The notes beneath the pieces were generated by a model. The model was given only the letters and a program-made list of their open reading frames with translations. It did no database searches and was not told where the DNA came from. A stretch of DNA of 62,032 nucleotides, the filler included. It is 3 parts of 3 records of this genome, joined end to end, with 100 filler letters (N's around TTAATTAATTAA, not from the genome) between each part and the next. Parts side by side here need not be neighbours in the genome. Positions count along the whole stretch, not along the records: positions 1 to 31,351 come from DRR378314_2163; 2 more parts are not named here. One strand, 5' to 3'. A program made the position numbers and the translations under genes. Positions 1 to 14,300 of the stretch are shown here, in pieces; the stretch's first letter is position 1; the number at the start of each line of letters is the position of its first letter.

Positions 1-143
1 GGTGGCTACATGTGTCGATTTCTATGCGTAAATCGATATGGAAACGCAGCGTTCATAGGGATGGTGTTGCGTGTGAATCTCGTTCTACTGTGTGACGCTC
101 TTGAAATGGCTGTCGTGTCTCTCCGCGCCGTGTCGTTGTCCAG

Positions 144-2319
144 GTCTGTGGGCCGTATCTCGCCTCGGCAATTGGAAACGACATGTCTCTCTCGGCCCAA
201 TTCACTCTAGCCGGGTCTCTTACCGGAGTAGTGTTCCTGCTCGTGTTTGTCGTCATGCGTGGCGAACGAGCTGCGAAGGCATGCGAGAGTCCTGTGTCAC
301 TCCCGGGAGAAAAATCGAGCTGGAGGAACATCACCGTGTTCCACTCGCGCCGCACCATGGTCCTGAGCTGCGTGTTCGCGCTGCACATGGCGGCCGTCGA
401 GGGGTATATCAACGTCATCCTCGTTTACTTGGAGCACCGATTCCATTTCGGTGATGTAATAGACTCGCTGTATCTTGGCACAAGTGGCCTCGTGTGCGCG
501 ATTGTCGTGGGAATCATTCTCCGTTTCGTACTCTCCAAGCGGTTCTCGGAAGCTGCGGTGCGTGGACACCGCAACGCCGACCCACTCCTGTCTGCGTCGC
601 GAGCGGCACATGTGCGCCTGTCGTGCTGCGCCGTAAGTGGAAAAGGAGCAGAACACGCACTCTCGATGCAGCATCCATGTTAACGGTGCCGCGTCGCTGT
701 ACTGGAACGTGGGTATACAGTATTGTCCCGAGGATTTGTGTGCACGCGGGGGCACCATTCTGTGCTGCTTACGCTGCCTGCGAATTGCGAGGGCAGGGAA
801 CAACGCTTGGGCCCAATTGCGCTCCCGTGGTTTGCACCTCGTAGGATCGCCATCGCTCATCATGGCATGTGCAGCATTTCTATGCAAATGTGGGACGTAC
901 ATTCGCCCTTTCTCTGTCTCATTCTCGTCCGAGGTCGACCGTCCTTAACCTTTGTATTCTCATCTCCGTCTGTAATGGGGCGTCTGTACACCGCTGCAGC
1001 TTTCGATTGTTGGCGTCTTTGTGTCGGCTGGATTTTTCGTGGCGATTTCAGTCGCACCCACGCGCGCCACAGCTTTTGCGTGTTTGATTGCACTGGGAAT
1101 CGGTGCCCTTGGCGCGCCGCTGTTGCGCACGCGACTTTCGCGCGAATTTGGCGTTGGCGAGCAGGTGTGGACACCGTGTTGCATCTCACCCATCGTGTAG
1201 ACGGCGATCAGTTGCTGCCAAGCGCCTATCCCCAGGCTGTCAGCAGAACTCAACATGCCGAATCTTCCGCCGGCACAATCGCACGTTTGCTTTATCATTT
1301 GAGATTCCAACCGGACTGATTGCCTGCTCCTTGCAAGAAGGCGGGAGTATGCTGCGTTCATGCACGCAGAAGCACAGCATCGTTGCAGCTGCTCTGGCGG
1401 AAGCGCGCGTTTTCTGCGAGGGAAGACCATCTGCAGTACTCACACGTGGCGCGATATTGCCACGATTCCTCGCAGGGGCGCGCGCTGGCGGAATTCGAGG
1501 CTGTTCATATCATTGTCGCGTGTGCCGCTCCTCTGGTATGTCCGCGTGATTGCGTTTGCCGCTGCGGCACGATCGTAGATACCGTTTGCGTACTGATGCA
1601 AAGTGCGAACGATGCATGGCGAAGCCGATGAGGTCGTGAGCGAGCGCGCTGCTTGGCAGTATGCAAGCGCGTGATGCATTCACTGGTTGTAGCATGTAGC
1701 GGATCGCACGTTTGAAATTCGTGTGCGAGCGCAGACCATCGTTAAGATGGTACGCGAGCTCCCGCAATTTCCATGCGACTCTCGGTTCCGCAGTGCAGCG
1801 TTAGGGTTACCGGACTACTCTGCACCAATTTACCCGCCATCAAATTAGCGTGAACCTGCTTTAGATCATCGCAAGCTTGTGCCTTTGTCCTTTGCAAACT
1901 AATGGCTATTGGTTGGCCTCTCGGCTAGCGTTTGTTACATCGTCTGCTCTGCGGCGCGTTGTACTTGGGTGCGCGAGCGCTTTACCCGTTGCTACCTGTA
2001 TTGCTCGATATGCGTCTGCGAAGTCTGCTTTGTGACCCGTGACCGTGCGTCGGATCCGATTTGATCGCCCTTGTAGGCTTTCAATCACTTGTACAATATA
2101 TTTGTGCGACACGGACATGGTGGACGAATATTCTGGGTGGCTGCTGGGTGTAGCTCGGCTGCGGGTCTGTTGCTAGTGGCAATGCAGATCGCTGGGGCGC
2201 GCGCAAGCTCATCACGCGGCGACTACATCCCCATCGCAGCTACCGAATATGCGGCAGAAGCGGTTGAATTCCGAGAGAGTGCAGACTTTACGAAAGCCAA
2301 GGATGCAACAGTTCAGTAG
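144..2319 (+). CDS. Spliced MFS transporter (TetA/MFSD14-like), 5'-partial; internal exons not fully resolved
   Basis: Hydrophobic exons after CAG/TAG acceptors: VCGPYLASAIG...YLEHRFHFGDVIDSLYLGTSGLVCAIVVGIILRFV (from 144), LSIVGVFVSAGFFVAISVA (~1000) and a last exon AFNHLYNIFVRHGHGGRIFWVAAG...TVQ* ending at 2319. Confidence 0.6.
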
Positions 2320-3214
2320 ATTGAACGTGATATCGTTGGATGCGAGCCCAGCGGACCTCCTCGCGCGCTTGTATCGTGGAGATCTGCGCAGGCACGATGT
2401 ACCGCGCTCGCGGCGATCGCTTCCCGCTGCGTGGCCCTCGGCGTGCAAAGCTCTGTGACGAGGAGCGGTAGATGGGCACATAGGTGACCGTCTTTCGACG
2501 GAAATACAAGGGGTTCCTCGCTGTATGCTGCATTCTGCGACCGAAAGCATGTGCGTGGCTCGAGGGACGGATCACTTTCTCAACTCAGTGTTCCAGGGTT
2601 GGCTGTGCAAGGAAGGCCCGCCCTCGGCTTTCTGGCGCTTCATTGCGGCCGACGGACGCGCTCGCGAGTCGCCTGCCTCTGCTTGGACCTGAGAAGCATT
2701 CGTCCGTGCATGCTCGGCTCTCATGATCGCGCTTCTGCCCGGCAGTGCGTCCGAAAATTTGTTCTGCAGCATCTTTGCTGCGCGCTTGTTTGTCACACGC
2801 TACGGCGCTCTGCTGCTCGTAGGCTGCTATTCGTCCTCAGAGCTTTCCGCTAGCGCGTGCGAGGTAGACGCCGGAAATGTACGGGCAGCTCCGGCGGTTC
2901 TTGGAGCGCTGTACGCACGCCGGTGCCTTGTCACAGCTGGACAGGTGTGCGCGTGGGTAGAGCCCAGATCGTGCATGTATCAATGTGACACGGAGTAATG
3001 TTTCATGGATTTGATTAGACGAGCTCGTTTGTGACAGAAAACAAAGCTATTTGGCAATGGCAGGACCAAGTTGCGCAGTTCCGTGCAGCGTCTTGGCCAG
3101 CGCTTGTGCTTGGCGGCAGAGGTCACCTCGCACGTTCGCTGTATCGTCTTCTCCTCTCATTTCGCCTTCCGTCCGCTAACGCTCGGAGCCTCGCAACGCT
3201 GCGGACAAACTGTG

Positions 3215-6200
3215 CTACGAGTGCGTACAAATGGGGCATTTCGGTCCGGAGTTTCTACGCGAGCCACACGTCTGACACTGTGTATACTTTTCTTGCTCGC
3301 CAAAACAAATGTCCATGACCTGGAGGAGATGCAACGAATGACGGTTCGCGACACAGCGGTCCAATGTGCGTGGCATGAGAGAGGAAGTACGCTCGGCCCG
3401 CCAACTTGGCAGCCTAGGATGGCAAATCTTTGTCTGTAGGTCAAAAGACACACTGGTTTTGCTCAGCTCGTGATTAAGTCACATCCAGTCCACCCATATG
3501 GGCGCACGCCGCTCCTGCATATTCTGGGGCTCGGGGGTCACGCAGAATCCCCCTCAGGTCGTCGCCTTACGCTGGAAGTGCTACTGTGTGATGCGTTCGT
3601 GCGACCTGAAGAATTCAGCGACAAGGTTTCATGTGCTTCTGCTCCGTGCTACTGCGTACATCCCAAATGACACATGCGTGCGGCATTGTATCGTTGCTCT
3701 CCGACGCGATTGCATTCCAAACTGCAGCGGTTCCATTGTTTGCGCGGTCGAAAGAGTCGCACTTTTTCATTTGCTCGCGCGCGGTTGCAGCGACACGCTC
3801 ACTATCAATGCGCGTGAGAACCTACGAAAAAAGGCAAGAAAACGAAATATAACACAAGATGTTACGCGCAATTATCAGAACCGAAAAACTTGCACAGCAC
3901 AATGATTCAATGGGTGACTGTCTCCGCCTTTAACAGAAGTTGGAGATTTACGGGAAGCCTGGTGGCTTGGTCCCGCAGCCGACAGAAAATCGGGGCAGAC
4001 GGCAAATCGCTGAATTCGCAGAGCTACAAATGGAGAATATTGGGCCCTGCCAGCCTTCGCACATTGCAGAAGGCGTACGTTGTCCTAACAATTTGTGTAA
4101 CGCTGTATAGTGTAGTGTGGTAATCACCAGTTAACCAGACGCATTTTCTTACTTGGAACAGCTGGTGAGCGTCACCGTAGTTGCGTACTCGCCACGCCTC
4201 CTTGCTCGCCTGTCGGAGAATGCGAAGTCGGTGATCTCTGCGAAGCCCCTTGGCCAACGCCACGCTTTTAAGGGCGATCGCCCACGTTACTACAATCGGG
4301 AGAATGTACATTTGCATGAACCTAACCCTTAGCGTTGGGTGGACCAGTGCGCGCAGGGGCCGTACGCCACTCCTTTGTGACGCAGAAATGTATAGCCAAA
4401 CTTCTGCTCGCTGCGTTGCCTTGACAGTATCACGCCCTGTTTATCGCGACCCCTATCGCGTGAGATGACGTGTTGCAAGCGGCGTCCCTCAAGCTGGGGT
4501 GATATGTGCAACTGCGTCTGGATCGTGCAGATGACGAGAGACGATATCGCTCTGCGAGCGGACACCAACCTTTGCTGTGGAGGTCCGGCAGACCTGGGTT
4601 TCCAGCTTTCTCCCTCCAGTGGAGGGCGGCGAAGAGCTTTCCGTACGAGCAGACGCTCAGGAATAGTTTCTCATTGGCGATCGGATCTGCAAGGTTCAAG
4701 CGCAAGTCAAACGCCCAGAATTTCTGAGTACGAACAGGGAGAGAATAATTTCTGCATTGTAGACCGATTGCTCGCGGCTGCACAACAGCGGTGCCGAGCA
4801 CGTTTCTCTCTCTCTCGCCCATTCTCGACCTATGTCGCATTTTCGAATTGCCTCCGGCTCCTCAGAGACTTTGGGAAGCAAAAATGTAGAAACATGAACA
4901 GCCAGCCGTGGCTGACAGGCACTGTCGTACCCATGTGGGAGACAAGCCTTGCGCGCTCAGCTTCCGCTACTTCAAAGTTTCCATTGTCGAAGATTTCGAG
5001 AACTCTGCCCAGGCTAGGGACAGCTGCGGAACTAGACGGCGTGCGTGTACCAGATTCGCGTCCTGTCAGGCGATCGTGCGCTTCTAGCGAGGTCATTGGA
5101 GCGCACGGGCTCTTGTCCTTTGCGTCGAGACTTGTTGGTCCTCCGTTGGATCCAGAATAAAGGATCGACGGCGGTGCTGTGTTCCCTAAGCCCGCCACTG
5201 AATGATCCGACGCGGTATTATTTGCTATGGTTGTCTCTGGTCGCTCCATCCCCGTCGTTTCTTGCCGCGGAAGTTGCGGTGCCGCTTCTGGGCGCGCAGA
5301 AGCGCAGCGTGAGTCGTCGGAGTCGCTCGAGGAGGAAGAGGACCACCCGCTACCTGTTCGATTTCTCCGTCGCGCCTCCTTTCTACGTCGACGTCGGCGT
5401 TGTGCAGCGTGAGTAAGATCAGAAAGCCCACCAAGTATTGGTATCGTGCCTACTGCCGGTTGAATGCTCGTGGCATCTGATGCACCCCGGGCCTCGGCCG
5501 AACTGGGGAATCCCGCGGATGAAGTGGGAGGAGGCGCAAGTTGGCCTGGAGCAGTAGAAAGGCGGGGGATCACAGGTGAGTGTCTCTTCAAATCTCCGAG
5601 GGCGGAAAGGACAGGAGGATTTTCCGCGTGCTTCCTTTCATCGCGTATAACCACCATGATGCGGCGGCGAGTTTCTTCATCGCTATCATCCGACCATCCT
5701 TCGTCTGCGTTTGCGTCGGGCTGAAATGTGGCCTGGAAGTCAGCGGCTAGGTCTGGTTGTTCGGCGAAGTCCTCGCTACCTCCTTCTGATTCACTATCGC
5801 GCGAGAGACTGTGCGCGTGAAGGACATTGAAGAACGACTGCGTAGACGAAACGTGAAGCATCGCATTGCGCACAGCATCAACCGAGACAGATGCTTGCCG
5901 GAATGACAGGGAAATGCGCCGTTGAGGGTGCCAGTCGGCGTCGTCAGAGTGAGGTGCTGTGGTCGATTCTGTGTGTCGATGAGTGCGATACTTCACGGAA
6001 TGTTCACCAGGTGTGTGGCGCATCTCCTTTCTCGAGCAGTGCGCAGAAGCAGAAGGAGCATGCTGTACGATTGGAGGACGACGAGAAGGCCGGAATGTGT
6101 TGGAGCTGCTGGCGACGGCTATCGCTCGGACCGCTGGATCGATTCGCTTGCCCGGGGGCACAAGATCCTCAAGACTGTTGATGGTAAGATGGCTCGTCTG

Positions 6201-8930
6201 TATCGTGCGGTCGTGAGAGAGCTGCTTCTCCATGAAACCGATCGCACTATAAAGGAGCTTCAAATTTCCATGCTCGACAGCTTGTGCACAGAGGCGAAGC
6301 GCGTTATGTCTCCACCACACGGTGTCGAAGCGATCTTGGGTGTTTGGCTGGTCTTTGCTGCCGAGCACCTCTGTGCCCCGTTTCTCGAGATACGGAAGAA
6401 AATGTGAGACGTGCTCATCAGAAAGTGCTAGACTCAGCAAATGGTCTTTGGCACCACGAGGTAAGCTTTGCATTGCCTCATCCAGGAGGGTTCGGGGTAC
6501 GCTTGCGTGTTGCGATGCGAGGGCCAGTAGGAACTCGGCAGTTCTACCGCTCGGAGTTTCAGGTAGTGGATACCATCCAGAGACGTCAGCAACACGGGTC
6601 GTTGGGAGAGAGATTTGTTGCGCAGCTGCGTCGGCGTAAACGGCGCTTCGTACGTCTATACTTTGAATAGAGACATGAATTTGGGAGTTCCTCGGCGAGT
6701 ATACCAGCAACGTCGCTGTGTTTGGAGTGATAGCTGCCAGTGTTGTGGAGGCGTCGTGCTGTTCCGACGCGAGCTGCGAGGACAGCGCTGCAAACCTCTG
6801 ATACATACCCGAGCGCAACTTGAATAGAACAGAGTCGCTGACAAGAAAGAGTATCCCGCCGCAGATACTGTGAACGCTCTGAATTCTAAGGTGCTTCTGC
6901 TGCTGCTGCTGCGGCAGCAGCACCTCTTCCACCTCGGAGGGGAAGACGCTCCAGATTCTCCGCCCATCACACACTGCTGCGCTTGCCTCGTCACAAGGAC
7001 AAATGGACCATATAGGGCGCGCTGCTGCCGCCTGTAAGCGCGCGAGTAGCTGCAATCCAGATGCACTCTTGTAAATAGCTGCTTGCGTTGCTGTGGCGAC
7101 GAGCCAGAAGCCGGCTGCACTGGCGATGTATGGCGGATCACCGTTTGCTGCGACATCGTCGAGACCATGTGCCCGTGCGCAAGATACGTTGTCCTGCTGC
7201 TCGTCTGCTGATCGCGCTGCCGACGCAATTTCACGCAACTTCCTCTGTAACTCCTCTTCCGTATCTATAAGCGAGCCGCTCGAGGAAAGAGGGACTTCAA
7301 AGAAATATGCGGGCGCTTGCGGGGACCATATGGCGCAGTGTTCTCTGTGGACGACTGCGATACCATTCAGGTGGCCGCGATCGCTGCCATCCTTTCCGGT
7401 TCCCATTGTTACGTACTTTAATGAGTTTCCCTCTCTCGAGAGCAGCACCATTGTGCTGGCTAGCAGCTTGTAGGTGTTTGTGTATGAGATCGAAAGAAAT
7501 CGATACGCGCATATATCGATATCTTCGATTTGTTCGAGAGATGGCAGCGCAATATTGCGTGGCCCGGACAGTGGATCGGCTGGAAGCGACAGCAATAGAG
7601 AAGGTGGCGCCCCGCCAGTCGCTCCGCTGAGGAACTGTGGATGGACAACACAATCTATTCCGTCTACAAGGCACAGTTCTTTATCGGTCTCTACAGTTGT
7701 TGGACATAAACATGGTAATGGAAAGAAGGAGTACGTTGCCTTGGGTGGCCGAACCACAAGCGGATGCCAAGTGAGGCCGAAGGGAACCTGGTGATGGACT
7801 GCGGGGCCTCCTCGCGAATGAGATGCTGGAGAAGATAACGCGGTGTCCAGGTGCACCTGCATACATCCGTCGGACGCACTTTCCCATTGAAATGAATATA
7901 TACCATATCCATCCCAGAATATGACAGCTTCTTCATTGAGAAGTGGAGATGGCAAGGTGTAATGCATGCTCAACAGGGACACTGCGCTCTCTGTCGAACT
8001 CGACGTCACGGACAAGCGCGGAAGCATCTCGTCCTGCACAGCGTCACCCAGTTGTTTTGTACTCGTCCGGTGTTGTCCTTTAGCAACACCTGCCTGTACC
8101 TCGGCTCTCGACGTGGTATTAGCGAGAGATGTATCGAAGCCTGTAAAATGCGGCGGTACACTATCTTCACTGGTGGGTGATGGATCTGTTACTGCAAAGC
8201 AGGAAGGTTGCTTCTCGTGCTTGCTGGTGACGACGATTCCTGCCGCGGTCCCGCTGGGAAGGCAGGATGCGCTCCACGCGAAAACCCCAGAGATTCTAGA
8301 GCCAATGTGCTGGTCGGAAAGTAGACAAGTGCCGTCGTCTGTGCGAAAAATGGAGGCGGATCCGATTTCGTTGCAGGTTATAAGAAGACTGTCGTAGTCT
8401 CCGGCAAACGTCCAGTGCTCAACTTGCTGGTCCACAGAGCGGCTGCGAGTGCCCCCTGCGAGCACCTCAGCCGAGAAAATCGACTGACGGCGCAAGCGAT
8501 TCCGCAAGGGGGGTTCCAGGGTGCTCGATCCTGAGAAAGACATCCGCCGTCGTCCATTGCGAAACTTGTGCGGGGAGCTAGCTGCATCGAGTCGCTCAGG
8601 AGGCGAGCCACTTGCCCCGGGCCGCGCCGACGATGCTGGGGATAGCCCTGGCGCCGACCCTGCAGACCCGCTACTTTCTCGGCGATCCTGCCAGTCTGCA
8701 TCCGATATACGTATATCAGATACTTTCGCGTGATCAAAGGCGGAAAAAATCTTGAAATCAAAGGGAGACGTCTGGACTGCGTACAGCTTACTTTGCCCCC
8801 CGATTGTACGTGCGCCCTGCAAGAGAATTGCATGTTGAAGGAGGATTTGTCGCCAGGGAGCGAGAGATCGTGCACGCGCACAGCGCGTGCGATGAAAAGA
8901 AGACGAAAGAGAAAAGGCAAGGGAGTACAC
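3215..8930 (-). CDS. Large spliced coat-like protein with alpha-COP/TWD40-2 (TTRAY)-type C-terminal domain; 5' exons unresolved
   Basis: A 1366-codon ORF (4830-8930) plus downstream exons 4153-4289 (LRRDHRLRILRQASKEAWRVRNYGDAHQLFQ, then GTAAGA donor) and 3215-3319 (VMDICF...CQTCG...CPIC*). These resemble the helical and Cys-rich tail of COPA/TWD40-2. Confidence 0.5.
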
Positions 8931-11383
8931 GCTGTCATAAGTACTGAACCTGGCTCCATGTCATGCATGTGTATGCGCAAGGTCCCACGGCCACCCGTGC
9001 TGCGCGTGCACGGGGTGGTGTCCGAGGAGTCGAATACAAGGTGGACGGCAGCTTCTCAAGCGAAGGACTTCGAGAAGTATTTTCCGCAGCTTTGCATTTC
9101 GCGCACAAGACAATGAATCGCCTGTACGCAAGAACTTCCGACAAAGTACAGCATCTCGCAGCTGTCTCACTCGAGGCGCAGGTAGGGAAGTATCGCGCTC
9201 GAGGGCCCAGAGTCGAACAGAGCGAAGCTATCTACCATCTGTACTGCAGCAGCTCAGTTGAGGCTCGCTAGCCATGTGATGAACCCCCTTTCCAAACGCA
9301 AACAGCCAGTAGTCGGAAAGCCTCGCGTGTCACAAGTAAAAGCACTCGCTTACAATGACTGTCTCAGTTTATCAACGTATTTTAAAATGCCTGCGTTTTC
9401 TCCGGATCACCCTAGTTTCTTTTGTTGCACTGTTTGCACGCATTCGCACCACGCAGGTGGGTGACGTACCGGGGAGATTGCCAGCTTCGAGCTGTGGCGT
9501 TGAAAACCGCCGTCGGAAAGGTTCACCACTTCCACAGCATTTGATGACAGGAATAAGGAGCAGAGCGAATCTCCGAATGAAAGAGCTTGCGCATGTATGG
9601 ATTTTTCCATGGAGCACGATACATGTGCAATCAGGGAGAGAGTTGGGCAGTGCAGCCATGTTACTGTTGTTGCGCTCTGCAGAGCGACAGCCGAGTTTCA
9701 ACCGAACGGCGCTGCGTGTTAGCCCAACGCAAGGTACATTTTCCTATATTTTCAGCGTATAATGACCAGTACCAAGGGTATGATCATAAAAGCTTGTGCT
9801 TAATTTTGATTTGGCGAGCGTGCCTTTTCTCTTTGCTGCAAACGGGTATGCTGTGCCTGTGGTATTAGTTCAAGAGGCTTGGTTTCCTTCCCTGCGCTGC
9901 TTTGCAGCGAGCAACCATCTGTCCCAAACGCGAGTGCAAAACTCACCGCGTGTATTACTGCAATAGCTTGAAGCTGAGTATGGGGAACAAGTTCTTTGCC
10001 TCGATCTTTGAGGATGAGGCGTGCACATGTTGCCCGTGTCTCCGTGGAATAGACTGCAAGTGAGAGGAGTCAAGCGAGCGCAAGCACGGTGAGCTGTGGG
10101 CGTGCGAGGCGCGTGTCGACGGCACACGGCGCTTCCAAACAGGTGGTGGAAAGTGTGCAAACGCAGTTGGACGTGCACAAGGTGAGAGTGGCAAAGGCGG
10201 CGTTCGGAAAGTAGTTTGTACCTCTCATTGCACTCTGGCAGAGCGCGCTGGTGCGGAAATGGCAACTCTTGGGCCGTAGAGAGGCTACGAATGCTCCCAT
10301 GGCTCCTCACATTTGGTAGCCGGCTCACGAGTTTTGCAGGTTGTTGAGGAAGCACCATGGCACTGGAGCTTGTATACATAGAGCTACGAGGTGAAGTTGC
10401 CCTCAGTGGCAACACGGTAAGCGTGCTACAAGGACGTCTCTCGTTAGAATGGGAGCGTTCCAAACCACGCAACAAGAGATTTTTCCTTCTCTGCGTTGAC
10501 GCTGCATCGCTTGGAAGCGATTATTTCGACGCAAGATTCTATTGGCAGCTCAAGCAACCGCCTTGTCTGAGGCTGGGCGTGACAACGCGCGTCTGTTTGT
10601 ACACCGCGGTATATACATTTGTTTCCTAGGATCCTGCGGCGAGCTGCTTTCGTTCTGTCAACGTAGGACATGTCACTACTTGCGCGGTGTTTCGTCCTCC
10701 ACGCAACCGTGACGAGAGCGCTCTTTGTCGCTTTTGTCGAAATGCACGCATTCACGCCAGCGAATAGAATACTTTGCTATCCTGTTCACATACTTCGAAG
10801 CTCATTCTCGAAGAGCACTGCCACCAAACTTGTTCCTGACAGCGCACAGACGCCGGCAATGGGTCCCGACCCAGACGTGTCACGAATCTGCCACGCGCCA
10901 GCTCGCATCGCGTATACGCACTAGGTGCCGCCGTCGTGCGTGCACAGAATCTAGATAGATACGTGATGCATTTTCACTACGATGATAGAAACAGAGTCTA
11001 GCACAAGAGGTCTCGTGCAGTGATTGGGGCGTATGGAAGAGTAGGTTGGAAATATAGCCGCATCTATGCGCACCGACCCCGAGCGCGCCGCGGCGCATCT
11101 TGCGAGCGAGAGCGCGCGCAGGGTAGGTTTCGCCACCGGGTCTGGACATCCCTCAGTGAGCGAAATGTGGCTGCGGTGGCGAGCGTTTTCCGGTCCTTGG
11201 CGCAGCAGCAGATGGCACGCTTCCCGAAGCGTATGGCCGGGACACTCGATAGCGCCTGATACTGCGTGGAAAAGCATCATGTATTCGTGCGGTATACGCC
11301 GCGGGCGTGTGTTTCGTATCCATTGCTGCTCTGGGGAACGCAAGGCCCCCGCAGAGTGATGCAGATCGCTAAAAGTGCGCGCA

Positions 11384-14300
11384 TTATCCGATGCTACCGC
11401 CGACAATCGTGCCACGGACGACACCACCTGCTACACCAAGCGGAACGGATTTGTAAGCGGCAACGCCATCTTGCCCCACCGCCAGATCCTGTAGCAGTGC
11501 AGCATAGACGTGAAAATTGCAAAGTGAGCAGTTGCACAGGCGAACATGGGTACATGCGCCCAAGAATCACTGCAAGCAACGCCACCTGTGCGTACGTATG
11601 GGGAGCACTTACGCATAGCCGCCAAACGAGGAGGTAGCGAGCAAATAATGATCGCGCGCAGTCGCGGTCAAGCGAGGACGCCCGGCATAGGAGCGCCGAG
11701 TTCTTTCCCATTTCAATGAGACAACTGACACTGACGAAGGGCTCCAATTCTCTTTTTGATGCAGCACCGCTACGTGGACAATCGCGAGAGAGAAACGCAA
11801 CACTCGGTACCTTGCAAACAGGACAACAACTTGTAAGGAGAATACAGCAAGCGCACCGCTTTCGGGATGCGACCCGTGGAAAAGCATTCAGCAAGCACTA
11901 AACATACCGGCTGAACACCTTCGAAAATTTTCTTCTTGGGGGGAAGTTGTGGAAGAGGTTCTCCTTCGTAGCCTTCCATAGTGACTCGGTCACCAGCCTA
12001 CAGGTGAAGAAAATTATCGTGTGCACACGGAGAGCAACTCAGGTTGGAGTACAGGCGGCGTACTGTCGCAGCTGTCTAGCATGCCATACGCCCACTGACA
12101 GAGAGGTTTCTTCGTGGCTGCAGCGAAAATGGACTTCAGCCGCAGACGGTGCCCGACTTTTCGTTTCTACCTGTTCTGCGTGACACAACAGCGGCACATA
12201 TCCATTTGCAAGCGAGCTGCTATATCATACCTTGGCTCCCTCAGGAGGGGCAAGCAGGTCGACTTCCGAATGGTCGCTGTTCTGGCAGCACAGCACCATC
12301 GCGTGCGACTTGATTCCGCGCATATTCGCCGGCTTGAGATTGCACAGGCATACGCACATGCGGTTCTGGAGAGCGCATGTGCCGAATGGAGCAGCGGAAG
12401 CCAAACGCGCGCGCGGTTACCGACGCAACAAGACATAAGACAAGACGCACTGTGAGGGAGCGGGAAATGTTTAGCGCCAAACACCTGGCGATCTGCACAG
12501 AACCGGGCGCGAGCCCACGTGCGGGATTCCGATGGCGACACAGCCGCGACACAGATCGAACTGGCTATCCTATCGCGTTCCACTCATTTCACATGTTTGC
12601 GCGATGTAAAATTCTGTACCAAACACCGCAGCTTGCTATGGCTCAAGGCTGGGTGCGAGGTGCATCCCCCGACTTTGGGTTGTCCATGGACGGGACACAG
12701 ACGAGCGCGTACACAAGCACGTGCTGGACGCTCACGCGTCGCCGCTCCCTTCGAATTAGGCTCTATTGGAGTGGCAAAGTTCATAGGCCAAGTATCTTGG
12801 CATCGTACTGGGCGCTGCATCATCACAACAAGAGGATGTGTATAGAGTGGGATCTGTTTTGCAGCGCAAAGTAGCGGAGGATGGGAAAGTGGCAAAGATA
12901 GTGATGCTGATTCGGCGCGCTGCGGCACATTCGGCGTTCTTTCGGGCCGAACGGACAAGGGCCATACCTGCATTTTCTCTAGTGGCACGAAACGCACGAG
13001 GCCGCTCACCACTGTGCGGGGCTCACTTTCGCCTAAATCGATCTTTTCAACATAGAGCGAATCTGCATCGGGATGTTTTTGACACTTTTTTTTTCAAAAA
13101 CAATCAACATCGCATTTACCCGCAGGGGAGAGGAACGGGGCGTATGGGTCAGCTGGAAAGCGATTGCAATACAGATAGCGGAGCCATGCTCATGCAATAG
13201 TCCAGGTAGAAACTCATCGTCCTGCCAAACGAACAAAAGGATGTAACTCAGGCGGGGGAAGTACATTCATAGGTGCATACGTCACTTCTATACCGCCAAT
13301 GCGCGGCTCGAAGAACCTGTTTCATGGGAGACGGGCCTCGTACCTCGACAATCTTTCCGACGCGAATATCGAGTGCGGCGACTCCGGTGGAAGCCTCAGC
13401 AGCGGCCTGCTTTTCCGGTTCCTGCTGCTTCCGCTTTTCCTTCTTCTCTTTCTTGCCCTTTTTCTCTTTCTTATTTGTTCCGGCGTCAGCTCCCGCGCGC
13501 GAAAACTGAAGGAGCTGCTTGGACGAGAAATGGAGAGGGGCCTCGAGGACAACTCCAGTGTTGGCAGCAAACTGTACGCGTGCAGCGGCGCGAATCGCAC
13601 ATACAAAGTGAAACGAAGAATGATGAGGTCACAAGGGCCAACGGGCTTTTGTAAGTCAGAATATGCCTACGTCACACCGGGTTCACCTCTGCAACTGGGC
13701 GCTACGCGCGTAAACGCGGGGTCGTTGTTTGCTCGGCGCTTTCGAGAAGCGGGTTGGCACTGCGTGAGCCAGGCAGCCCGCGAAAAAGCCGGTATGAACG
13801 GCGCGTGGCGAGCGCGCACACAATTGCGGCCGGGATGGAGGGGTGGCGAGAGGAAACATCGCTGCACACAGAAGTGCGACAGCGTACAAATACATCCTGT
13901 GCGCTATTTCCCCTGCAAGCGCAACGGAGAGGCGTATTACTTCGCTGCACCCTGGCACTGGTCAAGCGTACGTTGACATGCGAGCACCAGCGAGTCGTGT
14001 TGCAAAGCTGCGCCTTCTGCGCGTCCGGCAGCGACTTCATATGTCCAGTTACGTGCGCAGCCAGCGCCACATCTGCGATGGTAAGGCGGTTTCCCGAGAT
14101 AAATGCCTTGATTTTCAACAATTCATTCAGCTCTGCAGCTGCCTCGGCAGGAGATTTCTCGAGCAAGAGAAGCGCAGATGCGATCTGGCGAGGCACACGC
14201 ACACCAGGGAGCGGAAGCACGGACCGCGTGGCGGCGCACGGCGTGAGCGCAACGCATTCGAACTCGCTTTGGTTTCACGGCGCCCTGGGTCCTTCTCTGC

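Noticed and set aside
10340-10416. In-frame TAG in a putative exon (VVEEAPWHWSLYT*SYEV), suggesting stop-codon reassignment
   Set aside because: The 13.4-kb VPS13 exon has no internal TAG/TAA and ends in TAG, so the standard code fits.
8963-10924. Possible small spliced gene(s), or 5' exons of the coat-like gene
   Set aside because: Splice-like signals exist on both strands, but I could not build a consistent, recognisable protein.
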